The notes under the pieces are model-generated. The model did no database searches and was not told the DNA's origin. It was given only the letters and a program-made list of their open reading frames with translations. Positions 57,988 to 64,000 of a DNA stretch of 64,000 nucleotides are shown here, piece by piece (position 1 is the stretch's first letter; each line of letters opens with the position of its first letter). This stretch comes from Macrostomum lignano (lineage: Eukaryota): the NCBI GenBank assembly GCA_002269645.1, contig NIVC01001548.1, positions 62,001 through 126,000 on the forward strand. Direction: 5' to 3'. Both the position numbers and the translations under genes were made by a program.

Positions 57988-59515
57988 TTGCCAGCGGCGC
58001 CGACCTGAGCCGACCTTTGTAGAGACGGCGGATGGGCGACTTGGCGCCTCAGGGGTCTCCTGATTGGCTGGCGGCTCGGTGGGGTTTGCGGAGTTGGGGT
58101 GGGGCGCTGACGACTTTCTCTGATTGGCTGGCGACTCGGTGGGGTTTGCGGAGTTGGGGTGGGGCGCTGACGACTTTGTCTGATTGGCTGGCTTTGGAGA
58201 CGAAACAATAAAGACCGTCAAGAGATCGAGTGAGCGCAACTCCTGTCACTGATTTTGCCAGAGCAGAGACTGGAGCAATGGCCAACAGCTGGCAGTGGAC
58301 CCGTCAAGGACAGAAATATAGACAAGATGGCTCATTTAGCGGCTTTAGCAGCAGGGGTTACTCGCCTGATATGGCGCGCTGGCAACGACCCGACGGAGCT
58401 GAATGAAGGTGCTGGGCGCGTTCATGCCGTGGCCGCCTGGTCAGCCGGAATGGTCCCAGTGCTTGAGCTGGCCGGGCTGGGCTGCGTTCGGCCGCTCGGG
58501 CGTCAATGGCAATGCAAACTGGGCTGGGCGGGCTGGGCGGAGATGTGAAGTATGAATGCGGCTGCGACGGGGGGTTGGGCATGGCAGAGCGAGCCAGCCA
58601 GCCAGCCAATGCGGGACCGCTGGGAGGCCGGCAGTCAGTGAGGCGAGCGCACAGATTAGGCAGGCAGGCAGGCAGGCGCTGGCCGGCTGGGCAATTAGCA
58701 ACTAATTCCAGCATAAACTCATCGATTTATTTATGGCCTGGGGCTGCTCCAGAGGCCGAGAGAAGATCCCGGAGGCGAGAACAGCGGACTGGCTGAGATC
58801 TGGGAAACTGGCAGGGCTAGTGCGATCCCATCGACCGGACAAGCTCCTATTTTTAAAGGCCTCATCATATCAAAGTTCAAGACATTCATTCTAATGATCT
58901 GAATTGTCCCCCCCCTCAGAGCTCAATCGACACCATTCGCTAGCCGCTGTGCCGGACAGCGTCGAGCAGAGCAGCTGGATAAACTCAGCTCAATGCTCAG
59001 CCCAAACCTTGGCGCAAGCAAGGCTTTCTCCAACTGCCTCCCCTAAACCGACAAGATCGCTGATTTTTGCACCAGATTGCAAACTTTGCCCGCGGAGTGT
59101 TTGCGTCGCAGAGCTGCTGCTAGAAAGTGCACTGCAGGAGGTCCAGAGCTGCTGTCCGGTTCAGAGAGATGAAAGCCTGAGCAGCTGCGGGTGGGGGGGG
59201 CAGAAGGAGCCACTCAGCCCGCCGTTTCATCCCGCGGGCAACTCTTTTGCGAACCCATCTCCTCATCCGCTGAGTCGCTGATCCCGCCAAGAGCTGATGA
59301 AAATGAGCGGCGACTGCCTTGTTGCTGGGGAGGGGGGCTTTTCACTCGGCTGCGTCTGACAAGAGAACAGAGCCTGAAACCGCGCGCCCGGCCGGCCATC
59401 CCGAGGCGGCTGCAACGGGCGCGTAAAAAAGGGGCGATGCCCGTTGCTTTGGGCGGAATAGCAAAGAACAAGAACCGGCTGGACATAAATAGTGCACCGT
59501 GATTCTGAGGCTCAA

Positions 59516-60080
59516 GGAGGTGTCTGTGTGATGGCCTGATCAGGGTGTCTGTGTGATGGCCTGATCAGGGTGTCTGTGTGATGGCCTGATCAGGGTGTCT
59601 GTGTGATGGCCTGATCAGGGTGTCTGTGTGATGGCCTGATCAGGGTGTCTGTGTGATGGCCTGATCAGGGTGTCTGTGTGATGGCCTGATCAGGGTGTCT
59701 GTGTGATGGCCTGATCAGGGTGTCTGTGTGATGGCCTGATCAGGGTGTCTGTGTGATGGCCTGATCAGGGTGTCTGTGTGATGGCCTGATCAGGGTGTCT
59801 GTGTGATGGCCTGATCAGGGTGTCTGTGTGATGGCCTGATCAGGGTGTCTGTGTGATGGCCTGATCAGGGTGTCTGTGTGATGGCCTGATCAGGGTGTCT
59901 GTGTGATTGCCTGATCAGGGTGTCTGTGTGATGGCCTGATCAGGGTGTCTGTGTGATGGCCTGATCAGAGTGTCTGTGTGATGGCCTGATCAGGGTGTCT
60001 GTGTGATGGCCTGATCAGGGTGTCTGTGTGATGGCCTGATCAGGGTGTCTGCGTGATGGCCTGATCAGGGTGTCTGTGTG
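59516..60080. repeat. 25-bp minisatellite (GATCAGGGTGTCTGTGTGATGGCCT)n
   Basis: Visible, nearly perfect units. Confidence 0.95.
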
Positions 60081-60111
60081 CTTGTCAGATTCATCCCAGA
60101 GGAGTGTCTGA

Positions 60112-61312
60112 ACAGATCAGAGGGGTGTCCGTGTACTTGAGCAGATCAGAGGGGTGTCCATGTACTTGAGCAGATCAGAGGGGTGTCCGTGTACTTGAGC
60201 AGATCAGAGGGGTGTCCGTGTACTTGAGCAGATCAGAGGGGTGTCCGTGTACTTGAGCAGATCAGAGGGGTGTCCGTGTACTTGAGCAGATCAAAGGGGT
60301 GTCCGTGTACTTGAGCAGATCAGAGGGGTGTCCGTGTACTTGAACAGATCAGAGGGGTGTCCGTGTACTTGAACAGATCAGAGGGGTGTCCGTGTACTTG
60401 AGCAGATCAGAGGGGTGTCCGTGTACTTGAACAGATCAGAGGGGTGTCCGTGTACTTGAGGCAGATCAGAGGGGTGTCCGTGTACTTGAACAGATCAGAG
60501 GGGTGTCCGTGTACTTGAGCAGATCAGAGGGGTGTCCGTGTACTTGAGCAGATCAGAGGGGTGTCCGTGTACTTGAACAGATCAGAGGGGTGTCCGTGTA
60601 CTTGAGCAGATCAAAGGGGTGTCCGTGTACTTGAGCAGATCAGAGGGGTGTCCGTGTACTTGAACAGATCAGAGGGGTGTCCGTGTACTTGAGCAGATCA
60701 GAGGGGTGTCCGTGTACTTGAGCAGATCAGAGGGGTGTCCGTGTACTTGAACAGATCAGAGGGGTGTCCGTGTACTTGAGCAGATCAGAGGGGTGTCCGT
60801 GTACTTGAGGCAGATCAGAGGGATGTCCGTGTACTTGAGCAGATCAAAGGGATGTCCGTGTACTTGAGCAGATCAGAGGGGTGTCCGTGTACTTGAGCAG
60901 ATCAGAGGGATGTCCGTGTACTTGAGCAGATCAGAGGGGTCCGTGTACTTGAGCAGATCAGAGTACTTGAGCAGATCAGAGGGATGTCCGTGTACTTGAG
61001 CAGATCAGAGGGATGTCCGTGTACTTGAGCAGATCAGAGGGACTTGAGCAGATCAGAGGGGTGTCCGTGTACTTGAGCAGATCAGATGTCCGTGTACTTG
61101 AGCAGATCAGTGTCCGTGTACTTGAGCAGATCAAAGGGATGTCCGTGTACTTGAGCAGATCAGAGGGGTGTCCGTGTACTTGAGCAGATCAGAGGGATGT
61201 CCGTGTACTTGAGCAGATCAGAGGGGTGTCCGTGTACTTGAGCAGATCAGAGGGATGTCCGTGTACTTGAGCAGATCAGAGGGGTGTCCGTGTACTTGAG
61301 CAGATCAGAGGG
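60112..61312. repeat. 29-bp minisatellite (GATCAGAGGGGTGTCCGTGTACTTGAGCA)n
   Basis: Visible units. Confidence 0.95.
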
Positions 61313-61999
61313 TCATTCATGCAAGTGAACAAGCTGGAATTCAAGCGTAAAGACTGGCCCAGAACACAACGCGGCCAAGTGCACCGCCCAAGTGCCAGCA
61401 AGTGCAGTCGCAGCCGGCTTTATAAAATTCGCCGCTGCTGCGATATTTCCGGGTCGTTCACCATGCGAGCCCAGTGCGCCCAGAAGCGGCGGTCAATCAT
61501 CCCGGATACGAGGCTGGGCGATGCGATGCCGATCTGCAGCAGATCTGCTTGCAGAAGCAGCCCCGATCAGAATCGAAGAAGCCTCCCTCTCGCACTAAAT
61601 ACGGCGAATTCCCCCCCCCCCGAGCTCGGCAAGCTGGAATTCGAGGCCGGCCTGAAAGAAGCAATTTTAAAACAGCTGTCAACAAGAATGCGGCTTATCT
61701 TTTGTGAAAGAAAAGAAGGAAAATCTAAATAGGCATTTCATTCTGTCTGGGCGGACTGGGTCAGTCATCTAATTCAGGTTCCGGCTCGGCATCCTCTTTA
61801 CGCTCGTATTTGTAGGATTTTTAAGTGCGTCCGAGGCTTAAGGATTGCGGCATTTTCCTCTCCATTACAGGCTCACAAAGCTGGTTGGAAAAAACAAGGT
61901 TAAAGATATAAACATCTTTCAATGCTTCGGGGAGCCTAAAACTCAGTTTTTTTCATGACAGGACCACTGTGCGCAGAGCTGGAAAAAGGAGAGTCCCAT

Positions 62000-62243
62000 A
62001 TGGCTATGGGAGGGGTTGTAGAGCGTTGGACTCACGACTGCAAAGTCGGGGGTTCGATTCCACTGGAAAAATTTGTGTCCTGGAGCAAGACACTCAACTC
62101 TGCATTTCTTCAGTTCACCCAGCTGTAAAATGGGTGCCAGCATTAGCTGGGGTAATTGAGGGTGTGTGTGGCGACCCCCCAGTCCTTGGACTGAACAGCC
62201 GTACCCAGCCTTCAGATGCGCCGCGCAATAGCTGCGGCTGAGC
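62000..62243 (+). mobile_element. tRNA-derived CORE-type SINE, 3'-truncated
   Basis: A-box-like GGTTGTAGAGCGTTGG, B box GGTTCGATTCC, then TGTGTCCTGGAGCAAGACACTCAACTCTGC...CAGCTGTAAAATGGG, resembling the MIR CORE consensus as recalled. Homologous to 21455-21744. Confidence 0.8.
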
Positions 62244-64000
62244 TGTCGGTCGCAGTCAGCTCCCATCAGGACCAAACTTCTCTGGACTACTCAAGCTTGG
62301 CGAGAATCAGCGCTATTGTCAAAGTAAAATTAAAGTTAAAGTTGAAGCTTCAGCGTAGATGCTGTACTAAAGTTTCCCAAGTAAAATGACTGGAACTTTT
62401 GATCTAAGATAGCTGATCTGCCGTCAGAGCAGAAAAGCAGCTTATGGCGAAAGCAGACACAGCTATGTACGCCTTTGCACTGAAATTTCACTTGCATTTC
62501 TTGCTGAGCCGCTCTAAAAAAGTGATTTGCATGGCGGCACAGGGGGGGGGGCTCTGTCAACAAATTCTAGCATAAATCTTGTCTATGCATGAGGCGGAGA
62601 GCACTTTCACGTATGCATAAAATATGACTCTGAGCCCCCGCCCCAGAATCTGCGCGCACTCCATCGCCACAGAAATTGAATTAGCTTAATTGCGCGCCGG
62701 GAAGCTGCCCCTTCCTGAGCAGGAGAAAATTTTCTGCGAATCTTCAAGTGACCCGGGAAAAACTGCGCAGAGTTCCCGAGTGCCGGATTTACAACCCCCC
62801 CCCCCCCGGTGAATGCCGATGCGGCGCTCCTGCGGCAGTCGCGCTGTCTGAGGTGACATTTTCATGGCGTGCCTCCGATCGGCTGCAGCAACAACTCTGC
62901 TGCTGCTGCCGCCGGGAAATGACGAGGAGGGGCTGGAGGTCGGACCCGGGGGTCCAAGGATGAGTGACTGTCACAGATGCGGGCAGCCTGTTCCAAGTTT
63001 GTCCTAATCGAGGCGCGCTCCCCAATATACTGTTTGCGCCGGCGAAGCATTGCGAAACAGCGCCGCGGACCAAATATTAAGCAGACTGGCTGTGGCAATT
63101 AAAAACCTGCGCGGGTGGCGGCTCGGAAGTCAGTAAAAGTGCAAGAGAGATGGCAAGATCTTGCGAAGCTCCCTCTGGCGAATGACAGAAGAAAGAAGCC
63201 TATTTGAAGCCTGCACCCGCCCAATGAGGAAATTGCGCCAAATTTTCACAAATCCTTTTCAGTTTAACTTTCTGTCAATCACACCAGAAGTGGACGGGCG
63301 CGCCTCAGCTAAAGAGCGAATGGATCCCAAAGTCCCGGCTTCCTAAAATAGCTGAAAATTACCGGGGGGCATCGGAAAAGACAACTTCATCCCCGAACTG
63401 GTCTGTCTGGGAAGCTGAGGCGACAAATGTAGAAGCTTGGAATTTTCACTTTTGCAGGGATGCAGGGGAAGGTTTATACGAATATTCGATACGTACTGGA
63501 AGCTGGAAAATGAGTTTCCAGAAGCATCCCAGTCTCAGTGGAAAATCGCCCAGACTTGGCCGAATGGCTGTCTATGGCCCAAGTTCAGCACAATCCTGCA
63601 AAGCCTCCGACAAAAAAGCGGCACTGCAGAGCGTACTTTACTACTAGAGACCCACGGGAGCCGCCCAGGCCTCACTGCCCACTTACACTTGCCAGCCCTG
63701 CGACCCCTGCAGCGCCCCAGTTCTTTCAGACACCCAACCATCGAACCCGCCAAGGGCAGCAGAGCCCCCCCAACCCTCAGAAAAAGCTGCAATCGGAATT
63801 TGTTGTTTGACTTATCAGTTCCTCTCTCATCTCTCACCTCGCATTCGCATCGCTTTCACCCTTAGCCAGAACACGACCGGTCAGAGAGAGTGGGACAGCG
63901 CTGGGGCAGCGGCAGCCCCTCCCACTTGTCAGTGAATTCGCGCAGTGCAATCAGCCATTTTCCGCAGCGGGGGAAATCCAACCTTACAGGCTGCCCAGAT

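Noticed and set aside
63437-63865. ORFs near the window end as a gene or LINE remnant
   Set aside because: No diagnostic motif or splice structure that I can support.

Overview
Eukaryotic (animal) genomic DNA with GT-AG spliced genes, introns filled with micro- and minisatellites, non-LTR retrotransposons and tRNA-derived SINEs. The style resembles a free-living flatworm such as Macrostomum; this is inference and was not verified. Most long ORFs in the six-frame track are tandem-repeat artefacts. Genes rebuilt by hand from splice sites and reading frame: (1) a 6-exon secretory-pathway JmjC oxygenase with an EF-hand and C-terminal RDEL (1630-6228, +); (2) a coilin-Tudor-like protein with 12 x 11-aa repeats about 450 bp downstream (6677-8772, +); (3) a C-type lectin (15184-15939, -); (4) three related two-exon genes for short secreted proteins (16.6, 18.9 and 23.9 kb, +), the middle one probably broken; (5) a GT31 beta-1,3-glycosyltransferase (25051-26798, -); (6) a large Cys-less pentameric ligand-gated ion channel gene (29650 to at least 47157, probably 57987, -). 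The channel is the standout. It has two tandem 156-nt exons only 39 nt apart, each encoding the pore module (end of M1, M2, M2-M3 loop) with different pore-lining residues. It also has several candidate alternative first exons, no signal peptide, and sequence hints of inverted membrane topology. Mobile elements: a degenerate LOA/R1-like LINE with RNase H, a truncated relative, two fragments of an Ingi-like LINE with a 2A-like peptide, two CORE-type SINEs and a Tc1-like transposase fragment.
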